From: a virus
Length of the DNA stretch: 64,000 nt
IMG/VR virus record: IMGVR_UViG_3300028654_000018
Location: 4,508-68,507 of that record
Strand: one strand, 5' to 3'
In this document: positions 54,196 to 62,535 of the stretch, piece after piece
Layout: each line of letters starts with the position of its first letter
How positions within the stretch are numbered: position 1 is the first letter of the stretch
Program-made: the position numbers and the translations under genes
The notes under the pieces: generated by a model
What the model saw: only the letters and a program-made list of their open reading frames with translations
Told to the model about the DNA's origin: nothing
Databases searched by the model: none

Positions 54196-54573
54196 TTATT
54201 GGATAGGTTCAACTACATATGCCCAAATCTCTTTTAGACCGAGCGCACTTGCTGTTCTAAGGCGATGATTCCCGTCAATAACTATCCCATTTTCTACGAT
54301 AATCGGCGGAATAGTTTTCGGATCCATTTTTAAATATCGCTTTTGCTTTTTAGGATTGATCGCATTGGCAAACGCCGGACCAGCTTTTAAAGAAGAAATA
54401 GGCACTAATTTTAACACGGCTTTACAATCTCGAAAATATTCCTCGACTCGTTCTTCGTCGATATCATCCGCAAAAGACGCCATGTATGTCATAATATCAG
54501 CCGCGTTCGATAATACAGGTTCATAATCGCACGATGCTTTTAAAGCAGATTCAAATAATTCATTGATTTTCAT
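54196..54573 (-). CDS. ParB/Srx-like domain protein with MKINELFE leader
   Basis: PPIIV...VIDGNHRL; TAAATA 5 nt before the ATG. Confidence 0.75.
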   Translation of the reverse strand: MKINELFESALKASCDYEPVLSNAADIMTYMASFADDIDEERVEEYFRDCKAVLKLVPISSLKAGPAFANAINPKKQKRYLKMDPKTIPPIIVENGIVIDGNHRLRTASALGLKEIWAYVVEPIQ

Positions 54574-54597
54574 ACAATTATTTATTATAATGGCCGA

Positions 54598-55071
54598 ATG
54601 ACAATTATCCTCATAGGTATGCCAGGTAGCGGAAAAACTACGATTGGTAAAGAGCTATCAAAGAATCTCGGCATTCCTGCAATCGACACGGACGATTTAA
54701 TAGTTAAGAGAACTGGAAAATCTATCAAAGATTTATTAAATGAGAATTTTAATCAAGTAGAAGCAGATGTAGTAAAATCTATTTCTCTGAAATATGAAGG
54801 TATTGTATCTACTGGCGGAAGTGTGGTTTACAGTGACGAAGCTATGATACATTTAAGAGAAATCGGACGAGTTATCTATCTCCAAGTTCCAATAGAAGAA
54901 TTAATCACACGAATAAAAAATTTTGATGCGCGTGGCATTGTAATTCGGCCAGATCAGACATTTGAAGATTTGTATAATGAACGTCGAGTATTATATGAAA
55001 GATGGGCAGATACAACAATTCACAATGATAATCTTGCAGATACGATTTCGATTATTAGTAAAAATATTTAA
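54598..55071 (+). CDS. aroK: Shikimate kinase
   Basis: LIGMPGSGKTTIG, DTD, STGGSVV, R-x2-LYERWAD. Confidence 0.88.
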   Translation: MTIILIGMPGSGKTTIGKELSKNLGIPAIDTDDLIVKRTGKSIKDLLNENFNQVEADVVKSISLKYEGIVSTGGSVVYSDEAMIHLREIGRVIYLQVPIEELITRIKNFDARGIVIRPDQTFEDLYNERRVLYERWADTTIHNDNLADTISIISKNI

Positions 55072-55074
55072 AGC

Positions 55075-55150
55075 TGGTATCGCTACGGAGAATTGAACTC
55101 CGATTGTTCGGGTGAAAACCGAATTTCCTAGACCATTAGAAGATAGCGAC
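55075..55150 (-). tRNA. tRNA-Glu(UUC)
   Basis: TTCGG-TTTTCAC-CCGAA; CCA. Confidence 0.9.
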
Positions 55151-55151
55151 A

Positions 55152-55225
55152 TGGCGCTCAATAGGAGAATCGAACTCCTGTATAGAAATAGACAATTTCT
55201 CGTCCTACAATTGAACGAATTGAGC
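55152..55225 (-). tRNA. tRNA-Asp(GUC)
   Basis: AGAAA-TTGTCTA-TTTCT; G73-CCA. Confidence 0.88.
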
Positions 55226-55267
55226 GAGTGATAAATGTAACAAATTACGTTACAAATGTCAATATAT

Positions 55268-55636
55268 TTAGAAGTGAACTTTGAAGAGTACAAATGCTTC
55301 ATGTGTTGAAACAACCGGCAACGATCCAGTTATATCATTGCGTTGATACATGACAACTTCTACACGAAAACGTTTATCGAAACCAGGAATCGGACGTTCA
55401 TATTTTAAAACCGATTCTTGTTCTGCTGGCGATCTCATAAGTCCAACTTGAATTTCATCGTCAATTGGTTTTGTTATTCTGTCAACTACCCAACCCGGCG
55501 CCGGAGTATGAATAGTCCACGATGCAACATCATTGTCTATTACTACATTTTTTTGTGTGATAGAAATTGCGGATGATGCTATAGCGGTAGAAGATGATAA
55601 AATAATAAAAAGTAATGTTAAGAAAATATGTTTCAT
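55268..55636 (-). CDS. Secreted hypothetical protein
   Basis: Signal peptide MKHIFLTLLFIILSSSTAIA. Confidence 0.6.
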   Translation of the reverse strand: MKHIFLTLLFIILSSSTAIASSAISITQKNVVIDNDVASWTIHTPAPGWVVDRITKPIDDEIQVGLMRSPAEQESVLKYERPIPGFDKRFRVEVVMYQRNDITGSLPVVSTHEAFVLFKVHF

Positions 55637-55702
55637 ACATTAACGTTAACACTATTTTTTAATATCGTCAAGAAATAAGCATACTGCACTGCATCAATTA
55701 AA

Positions 55703-55776
55703 TGGTATCGCCAAGTGGTACCTCCCCACTTTTCCCGCCTTATGAAAGCAGTACATTAATTTTATGTTTTGGCGAC
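55703..55776 (-). tRNA. tRNA with CAU anticodon (elongator Met or Ile2), atypical
   Basis: CTGCT-TTCATAA-GGCGG; acceptor GTCGCCA/TGGCGAT-A-CCA; deviant T loop. Confidence 0.72.
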
Positions 55777-55781
55777 ATAAA

Positions 55782-55855
55782 TGGAACAAGATATGAGAAT
55801 TGAACTCATGCCCCCGACTTGGCGAGCCGGAATACTACCACTGTACTAATCTTGC
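55782..55855 (-). tRNA. tRNA-Gly(GCC)
   Basis: CCGGC-TCGCCAA-GTCGG; U73-CCA. Confidence 0.88.
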
Positions 55856-55864
55856 ACTAAAAAC

Positions 55865-55939
55865 TGGTTGACCCGGGGAATTCTGCCATCCCAACCTTTC
55901 GGTTATCGACCGAATGCTCTGCTTTTGAGCTACGGGTCA
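55865..55939 (-). tRNA. tRNA-Ile(GAU)
   Basis: TTCGG-TCGATAA-CCGAA; CCA; deviant T loop. Confidence 0.85.
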
Positions 55940-55964
55940 ATTATATTATACTATCAAATATTTA

Positions 55965-56519
55965 TCAAACAAAATTCAGCAATGCAGTTGCAAGAGCGCC
56001 ACCAAATACAACTCCGGTCAAAAACTCACCCCATTCGCCGCCACTGATAGCAAAATGACCTGCCTCAAATGTAAATCCAAACACAGTAAATCCAGATGTA
56101 GAAATTTTGCTATCTACGCCATTTAAGAAAGTCCAGCCAATATAATATGCTAATCCTTGAAGCATTGCAAGTGGCAACACAATCAAAACAGACGGAATAA
56201 AATATGCAATTGGCGCGAGAATTAATAGCATACGAGCAAGTCCAACTCCTGCCATTCCAACAACAGAGAATAGTGAATTATTACTTTGAAAAATTGAGTG
56301 TGGAATTAACAATCCCACATATGCCATAACGCCGCATAACAATCCAACTTGCCAATCCGCACATAATCCCCATACGGCAACTGGAATCGCCCAAAATAAA
56401 AGTCTCGCTAAAAATGTACTTCCAGTTCCTAGAAAACCACCACGACAACGATAGAAAAATCCGCCAAGCAAGGCCACAAATAGAATAACGAGAATGTTTA
56501 ACATAATATATCCTTTCAA
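55965..56519 (-). CDS. Multi-pass membrane protein
   Basis: Several hydrophobic helices; YRCRGG and EWGEFLTG motifs. Confidence 0.65.
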   Translation of the reverse strand: MKGYIMLNILVILFVALLGGFFYRCRGGFLGTGSTFLARLLFWAIPVAVWGLCADWQVGLLCGVMAYVGLLIPHSIFQSNNSLFSVVGMAGVGLARMLLILAPIAYFIPSVLIVLPLAMLQGLAYYIGWTFLNGVDSKISTSGFTVFGFTFEAGHFAISGGEWGEFLTGVVFGGALATALLNFV

Positions 56520-56531
56520 AAAATTAAAAAC

Positions 56532-56888
56532 GATTTCAGATCATCTATAAGCGGGATTCTGTATCTCTTTCGAGACGACTATCATTCATCTGGGACTCAC
56601 ATTACTGTAAGCCTCAAGCCATCAACCCGACAGCAACGGAAGAATTCGTTATTACTGCCCTATTCGATGTTGCTTCTAGCAAGGTTTCCAGTGCCTAAAT
56701 TATTACTAATTTAGCGGTAGTCTCTTACACTACCTTTTTCACCCTTACCAGTTGACTTAAACTGGCGGTTTGTTTCTGTGTACTATCTCTTAGATCACTC
56801 TAGCTGGACGTTATCCAGTGCTATTTTCTTCTGAAGGCCCGACTTTCCTCTATGTTTTCACACAGCGATAGTCCAACGATCTGAAATC
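56532..56888 (-). ncRNA. rnpB: RNase P RNA (bacterial type)
   Basis: GAGGAAAGTCGGGC near the 5' end, ACAGAATCCCGCTTA near the 3' end (P4), terminal P1 GATTTCAGATC/GATCTGAAATC; about 357 nt; TTGACT promoter upstream. Confidence 0.93.
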
Positions 56889-56927
56889 TTGTATAGTATA
56901 GTAGATATAGTTAATGAAGTCAAGAAA

Positions 56928-57260
56928 CTATTTTGTCATGATACTATTAATTGAAACTTCCAGACGTTCTTTCATCTCTTCGATAACATCAAGAATTTCA
57001 GATTTAAAAATGTTTACAGCCGAAGTATCAGACTTTAACGCCCACATTCCGCCAGTAATTCTTCCGTCATTAATGGCAACACTTCTCGCATCAAATAATC
57101 TAGTTTTACGTAAGTGCATCGGCAATCCCTTAACCGTGATAAAATATCCTGGCGCTCCCGCTTCATCTTTATCGAGACCCGCATAATGTTCTTCTGTGAT
57201 TTTTATTGTTTCGCCAACTAGTGCATTGACTTTGAACCAAACTAATGCAACATTTGTCAT
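56928..57260 (-). CDS. Hypothetical protein
   Basis: ORF track. Confidence 0.55.
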   Translation of the reverse strand: MTNVALVWFKVNALVGETIKITEEHYAGLDKDEAGAPGYFITVKGLPMHLRKTRLFDARSVAINDGRITGGMWALKSDTSAVNIFKSEILDVIEEMKERLEVSINSIMTK

Positions 57261-57321
57261 GATTATATACCTATGTTAAATTATGAAGCAGTGTAACACG
57301 TATTTGAATACAGTCAAGCGT

Positions 57322-57933
57322 TTATATGAACGCAGACTTCTTTAGCAAAACAGGAACAGTTTTCAACAAAATCGTAACATCAGTTTTTAAGCTAATGTTT
57401 TCTACATATATTCTATCTAAAATGGTCCTATCTTTAAATGATAATTCGTTGCCGCCAGAGACTTGCCAGAGACCAGTTATTCCGGGTCTGACACTAATAT
57501 AATGCTCGAATGCATATTCATAGTGATGTATTTGTTCTGGCAGACATGGACGTGGGCCAATAAGACTCATATCGCCTTTAATCACGTTTAACAACTGTGG
57601 CAATTCATCAATTTTAGTTTTTCTAATTATATAGCCGATGCGTGTTATTCTTTTATCATTGCGTAATTTTTGATGTTGTTGCCACTCTTGCTGTGCGTCT
57701 TTATCATTGGCTAAATGTTCTTTCAATAATTCATCGGCATTATCATGCATCGATTTAAATTTATAACAAGAAAACTTTTTCCCATTTTTGCCTACTCTGT
57801 GTTGAACAAAAAATGGCGATGATCCCGTCATCAAAATGGTAAGTGTCACTACTAAAAACAGCGGCGATAAAAAAATCAAACCGACTGATGATAGTGATAC
57901 GTCTAAAAATCGTTTAACGTGTAGGTAACACAT
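57322..57933 (-). CDS. Priming polyprenyl-phosphate sugar-1-phosphate transferase (WbaP/WcaJ/ExoY family)
   Basis: KRFLD, YKFKSM, DELPQLLNVIKGDMSLIGPRP, RPGITGLWQVSG. Confidence 0.92.
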   Translation of the reverse strand: MCYLHVKRFLDVSLSSVGLIFLSPLFLVVTLTILMTGSSPFFVQHRVGKNGKKFSCYKFKSMHDNADELLKEHLANDKDAQQEWQQHQKLRNDKRITRIGYIIRKTKIDELPQLLNVIKGDMSLIGPRPCLPEQIHHYEYAFEHYISVRPGITGLWQVSGGNELSFKDRTILDRIYVENISLKTDVTILLKTVPVLLKKSAFI

Positions 57934-58262
57934 AATAAATCCATAACAGTTTTACTATGCAATAATAACATATTGCGGCGCAATGTCAAGGTCATATTTT
58001 ATTAATGATTTATTAACTATTTGAAAATTATAACTGTTGAATTTGCAGTTTGTTGAATATCTGCTGATTGATCTTTTGGTTGAGCAAAGTTGCTATTTTT
58101 AATAGATGCCGTTACTGGCGTTTCAAATCGTATTGAAGCGGTCATTGTTGATTTAGCTGCATATACGTTGCTAGGCAGTACGAGTGTACAAAATAATATT
58201 TTGATTATTGTGTTCATGTGCTGATTATAACATAATGAGGTTAGATGTCAAGTGTTAAGAAA

Positions 58263-58336
58263 TGGTCGGAAACCAGTGAATCGAACACTGACCAAGGCCA
58301 TGTAAAAGCCCCGCACTGCCATTATGCTAGTCTCCG
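58263..58336 (-). tRNA. tRNA-Val(UAC)
   Basis: GGGCT-TTTACAT-GGCCT; A73-CCA. Confidence 0.82.
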
Positions 58337-58338
58337 AA

Positions 58339-58414
58339 TGGTGGCAGGTGAAAGATTTGCACTTCCGACCTTCTGGTTATGAGCCAGACGAGCTAACTAC
58401 TGCTCCAACCTGCT
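58339..58414 (-). tRNA. tRNA-fMet-like (CAU)
   Basis: TCTGG-CTCATAA-CCAGA; 1:72 mismatch and TGGAGCAG D-arm start typical of initiator tRNAs. Confidence 0.85.
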
Positions 58415-58438
58415 ATAATATTTACGCACTTAAATTAG

Positions 58439-58530
58439 TGGCGGAAGAAGTAGGATTCGAACCCACGGAACCCTTGCGGGTTCTCCAGATTTCAAATCTG
58501 GCGCATTAAACCAAGCTCTGCCATTCTTCC
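58439..58530 (-). tRNA. tRNA-Ser(UGA)
   Basis: CCAGA-TTTGAAA-TCTGG; long variable arm; G73-CCA. Confidence 0.95.
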
Positions 58531-58543
58531 AATATTTTATTTA

Positions 58544-59144
58544 TTAATCATTCAATCTATCAGAATGACCAGCGACTGTCAAGAAATTAGCATAGTAGTA
58601 ATCTTTTAATAGTCTTGCACGAGTGAATGCTGCGTTTTTAGCAATAACATCTTGTGCTGCAAGAAACATAGCATGTTCTTCTGTAGTATTCCAACCAGCA
58701 TTAAGCAAAAGCAAAGCTTCATGTAGTGAAATATTTTTAACAAAAAATTCACGCATATTATTTTCGAGAGTTTTATCTTCTGTCATAATCAAACTCCTTT
58801 ATAGATTGCTAATTTAATTCAGCTAATGTATCTACTGTTACAGTAATTTCATGTATGGCATCTGTGATGTACTCATCTGACTCTGTATTTGTAATAATCT
58901 GCGTCTTTAGAGTAGTAAGTTTTAGTCGAGCCTGTCTCGCTAGCAATAATCGATCAAATAACTTTTGTATTGCTTTTTCTTCATTTACGTCAGAAATAAT
59001 CTCGCTAGTTACTGCACTTCTCAACTTTACTCCTGTTAAAATATCTGATACAAATTTTAAATTTCTGATGATTATATCATTGATATGATTTTCTGCTGCT
59101 GGCAGCAGCTTTGTGAGTATTAATTTTTTTGAAAATTCATCCAT
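58544..59144 (-). CDS. Two hypothetical proteins (58544-58792, 58809-59144)
   Basis: ORF track; AGGAG SDs. Confidence 0.6.
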
Positions 59145-59153
59145 AATAATCTC

Positions 59154-59819
59154 CTATTGAATTGTAAATGGCACATATTGCTGTAAATCAGAAATCGCAA
59201 CTTGCTGCACTCTAGGAGCAGTATTATCATTAATAGCATAAAAGCATTCTATATTTTTGTCAAGATATACTATCTTATAATATGCTACTGGCACTTGAAT
59301 TTGATGATACCCAATATAATGAACTACTCCCTTACCATATATCGCGCCAGTTATAATAATAGTTGCCCGACCACTAGCAGTAACTTGTTTATGAACTGTT
59401 TCTTCTAACATTCTCCAAGCAATTCTGTTTAATCTTGGCTCTTGGGGAGTCATGTTCGACAATAAAAATGTATCGTGCATTTCTTGTGGAGTAGATGCAT
59501 CTTCTGCCGGAACGAGATGGCCTTTGTCGTAACCCGTTGTTTCATAATCAGAATTCTCTGCACGAACATTTTTATCTAAACGTGTATCGGGATGGAAATC
59601 ATTAGATCGTTCTACACTTGGCTGACTTGGATTCAATAATTCTGATGAAAATAACGGAACATTATGAACTGTGTCAAAGCGTGTTACGAAAAATGAATTA
59701 CAGAGTTCTAGAGAAGATCCAGACAGTTGAAAATTGTTCGGATATAGATTTGGACAACTTGATGCACTTGCTGCATGTGATATTATTAAAAATGCTAATG
59801 TTAAGAAAAGTTTTTTCAT
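59154..59819 (-). CDS. Secreted DNA/RNA non-specific endonuclease (NucA/EndA, beta-beta-alpha-Me)
   Basis: Signal peptide; GYDKGHLVPA, TFLLSNMTPQ, LNRIAWRMLEE. Confidence 0.92.
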   Translation of the reverse strand: MKKLFLTLAFLIISHAASASSCPNLYPNNFQLSGSSLELCNSFFVTRFDTVHNVPLFSSELLNPSQPSVERSNDFHPDTRLDKNVRAENSDYETTGYDKGHLVPAEDASTPQEMHDTFLLSNMTPQEPRLNRIAWRMLEETVHKQVTASGRATIIITGAIYGKGVVHYIGYHQIQVPVAYYKIVYLDKNIECFYAINDNTAPRVQQVAISDLQQYVPFTIQ

Positions 59820-60618
59820 TATTTGCATCCGTCAATACGTGAATTTTCTTCTGCGAATCGTTCACAATAACTAACCGCATCATGACTTAATTGTAAACTC
59901 TCTATACTATAGCCACCAGGTACATGACTAGAAACACACTCTTGTAATAGATGCACTTGTTTTTCGGGATCATGTTTTACTTCATGGCATCCTACGAACA
60001 AAAATAAGCTAGAAAGTATAATAATATTTTTCATTTAATTCATCCATCTTTCTACATTGATTCTAACATATTCATAAAATGTCATTGCGGGTATCACATA
60101 TAAACAAAACAGCAATCCAATTATAAATGCGTTATTCACATAAAATATACAAAAAGTAATAAGCAAACAATACGGCAGTACTAATGCTAGAAACTGAACA
60201 AACAATGATAAAATTAATCTAAGCATAATCATATTTTAACTTTTTCTACGGTTGGCATAAAGATCATATGTCTCCATCCGCCATGTTCATGCCCGCCATA
60301 CCAGCAACATCCTGCTAAAATTAAACTCAATGCTGTTAAAATCAAAAAATTCTTCATAGATTATCTCCTAATATTTTAATGAGTTGATATGACAGAAAGT
60401 ATTCCAAATATCTTTTAATTTCCAAAAACAATTCTTACGCAAGAAATATACATCGGCGCCGTTGTCTGATAACATATATGATTTCTTAAAAATATGCGAG
60501 TTATTTTCAAGACATGCCAACACATGTTTTTTAGAAATTTTAGTAGCTCTTACGATAAATGTAACTGTCAAATATTCGTGTGATGTGAACAGTTTGCTTA
60601 TTTCTTTTGACAACGTTT

Positions 60619-61152
60619 TCATGATACTCTCTCGATAACTTTTTGATAAATCGTATTCAAAACTTCTTCATCATTACTTTCTAAATGCTGCAAATCAATT
60701 CGTTCTGATTCTGGCAAATACGCAATACTATCAAAGATTTTCTTATCAAGTTCTACTGCTTCATCACGTGTTTGCGATCTGCCGTATTGCATATAATTTT
60801 CTTTTCTCGGAACGATAAAGCCAATGTTGTTATAGCGAGAATAAAGTTCTCTTGCTAAATTCTTTTCAAGCTCTTGATCTTCTGAGCAGTAAGCCAGACA
60901 ATTTAATAGAGAACCATCCGTTACGATTATATCAACTTGATTATCTAAAACTCGTAGGTCATGATTATGCTTGGCAATAAGATATACTTGATCTTGTAAT
61001 TTATGTTTGGCATTTTCCCATGCGGCATTTTTCGCCGATTCAATTACAATTTCTGCCTTCATATGATTTGCTTTGAGCATACCAATCAACTTATATGCGG
61101 TCGTCGATTTGCCTCGGCCTGGGCCGCCAATTAATGAAACTACGAGTGCCAT
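60619..61152 (-). CDS. P-loop NTPase/kinase (NadR-like AAA_28)
   Basis: GGPGRGKST, IVTDGSLL, GRSQT. Confidence 0.8.
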   Translation of the reverse strand: MALVVSLIGGPGRGKSTTAYKLIGMLKANHMKAEIVIESAKNAAWENAKHKLQDQVYLIAKHNHDLRVLDNQVDIIVTDGSLLNCLAYCSEDQELEKNLARELYSRYNNIGFIVPRKENYMQYGRSQTRDEAVELDKKIFDSIAYLPESERIDLQHLESNDEEVLNTIYQKVIERVS

Positions 61153-61213
61153 TATAATCTCCTATTTGAGAATTTATAATAGCTGTTTATGATATGGTTT
61201 GTCAAAAGAAAAA

Positions 61214-61305
61214 TGGCGGAATGTGTAGGATTTGAACCCACGGAACCCTTTCGAGTTCGACGATTTAGTAAATCGCTGCCATAAACCGGGCTCGGCCAAC
61301 ATTCC
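61214..61305 (-). tRNA. tRNA-Ser with ACU anticodon
   Basis: GCGAT-TTACTAA-ATCGT; Ser-type long arm; G73-CCA. Confidence 0.88.
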
Positions 61306-61317
61306 GTAGTATAAAAA

Positions 61318-61393
61318 TGGATACCTAGGTGGATTTTGCAACCACATTAATTCAGCTTTGCAGGCTGACCCATAACTTTTCTGGCACTAGGTA
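61318..61393 (-). tRNA. tRNA-Cys(GCA)
   Basis: TCAGC-CTGCAAA-GCTGA; U73-CCA. Confidence 0.85.
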
Positions 61394-61399
61394 ACATGA

Positions 61400-61470
61400 A
61401 TTGGGGAGCTGAAATCGCATCAGCATCATGAGTTTCAAAGACTCAGGTTCTACTATTAAACTATCCCCAA
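61400..61470 (-). tRNA. tRNA-Gln(UUG)
   Basis: TGAGT-CTTTGAA-ACTCA; acceptor TTGGGGA/TCCCCAA; no encoded CCA. Confidence 0.8.
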
Positions 61471-61488
61471 ATAAAACATATACTCTAT

Positions 61489-61839
61489 TTAAATATCAAA
61501 AATCATTCCGTCTAATGCTGCTACTTTTGCAATAAATTCTGCTTCATCCGCATCAGACTTCGGACGGTATATCAGATATTCATGTTCTGCTGAATTCTGA
61601 CGCGGATCGAATGCATCTTTTTGATTTATAAAATTCATAACAATATCATCAACGATAATAGACACTGCTTTTTCAAAATTTACACGTTCCACTCCATGTT
61701 CTAGAAATCCTGTGGGCAAATCGTACTGATAGTACTCATCACATTCTTTGCCACGAACATTTATCGTTGTGTGATGCAGTTTGAATATCCAAAAATTGGA
61801 AAATTTATGTGCCGTCGATGCTGAAATTTTTACTTGCAC
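61489..61839 (-). CDS. Hypothetical protein (DEAxF family)
   Basis: GGAG SD, GTG start, KSDADEAEFI. Confidence 0.6.
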   Translation of the reverse strand: MQVKISASTAHKFSNFWIFKLHHTTINVRGKECDEYYQYDLPTGFLEHGVERVNFEKAVSIIVDDIVMNFINQKDAFDPRQNSAEHEYLIYRPKSDADEAEFIAKVAALDGMIFDI

Positions 61840-62088
61840 TAGACATCTCCGAACACATAATGAAAAGTAAGAGGACGACGGATGCCCACAACCACGGCTT
61901 TAATTCAACTACCGTAAGCGGGTCCACCCTCTTCATGTCTTTGGTAATAACTATGCATCGCTTGCAATCGACACATAATACGGTGCCAGTTGAATAGCCC
62001 AACCCAGTTTCATGGTTCCCAAGATAACGCTTTTTAACGCGCTATGAAATAAGCATATATGATTTTAAAATTGTAGTCAAGAAATTAG

Positions 62089-62162
62089 TGGCTGATTTCC
62101 TTGGAATCGAACCAAGATTGGCGGATTAACAGTCCGACCTCTTACCATTAGAGGAGAAATCA
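62089..62162 (-). tRNA. tRNA-Asn(GUU)
   Basis: TCGGA-CTGTTAA-TCCGC; G73-CCA. Confidence 0.85.
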
Positions 62163-62167
62163 ATAAA

Positions 62168-62398
62168 TTATTTGTTCTGTTCTGCTTTACTATTTTCGAT
62201 ATTCTTTATGTGCGACCGAATCCAGCGCATCAGGTAGATCGCTTTATCTTCTGCATTAAACGTTGCGCCGACGGCATCACTAATTGGCACAGGAAATTCG
62301 AATCCGGTTTGTGTCACATACCAAAGTTCACTATCTTTGTAATACAAAAATTTCACCTTCTTGTCTCCGCCGACCATATCTTTAATATCTAAAGTCAT
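62168..62398 (-). CDS. Conserved small phage protein
   Basis: LWY...FEFPVPISD...ATF...KAIYLMRWIR. Confidence 0.7.
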   Translation of the reverse strand: MTLDIKDMVGGDKKVKFLYYKDSELWYVTQTGFEFPVPISDAVGATFNAEDKAIYLMRWIRSHIKNIENSKAEQNK

Positions 62399-62535
62399 GT
62401 TTGCTCCCAGATTTATTTCTCAACATTATTTAACTGCATAAAAACAATACATTAAAAACTAGCAAACGTCAAGGTAGGTTTTGAGGTCATTTTTAATAAA
62501 TATATGTAGATATTCTTTACCTAGGAGAGAAAAAC

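Noticed and set aside
48741-58509. ORFs 48741-48923, 50614-50805, 54991-55314 and 58324-58509
   Set aside because: They overlap tRNA genes or the attenuator and are spurious translations.
61845-62045. tmRNA
   Set aside because: No tRNA-Ala-like ends or ANDN...AA-type tag frame found.
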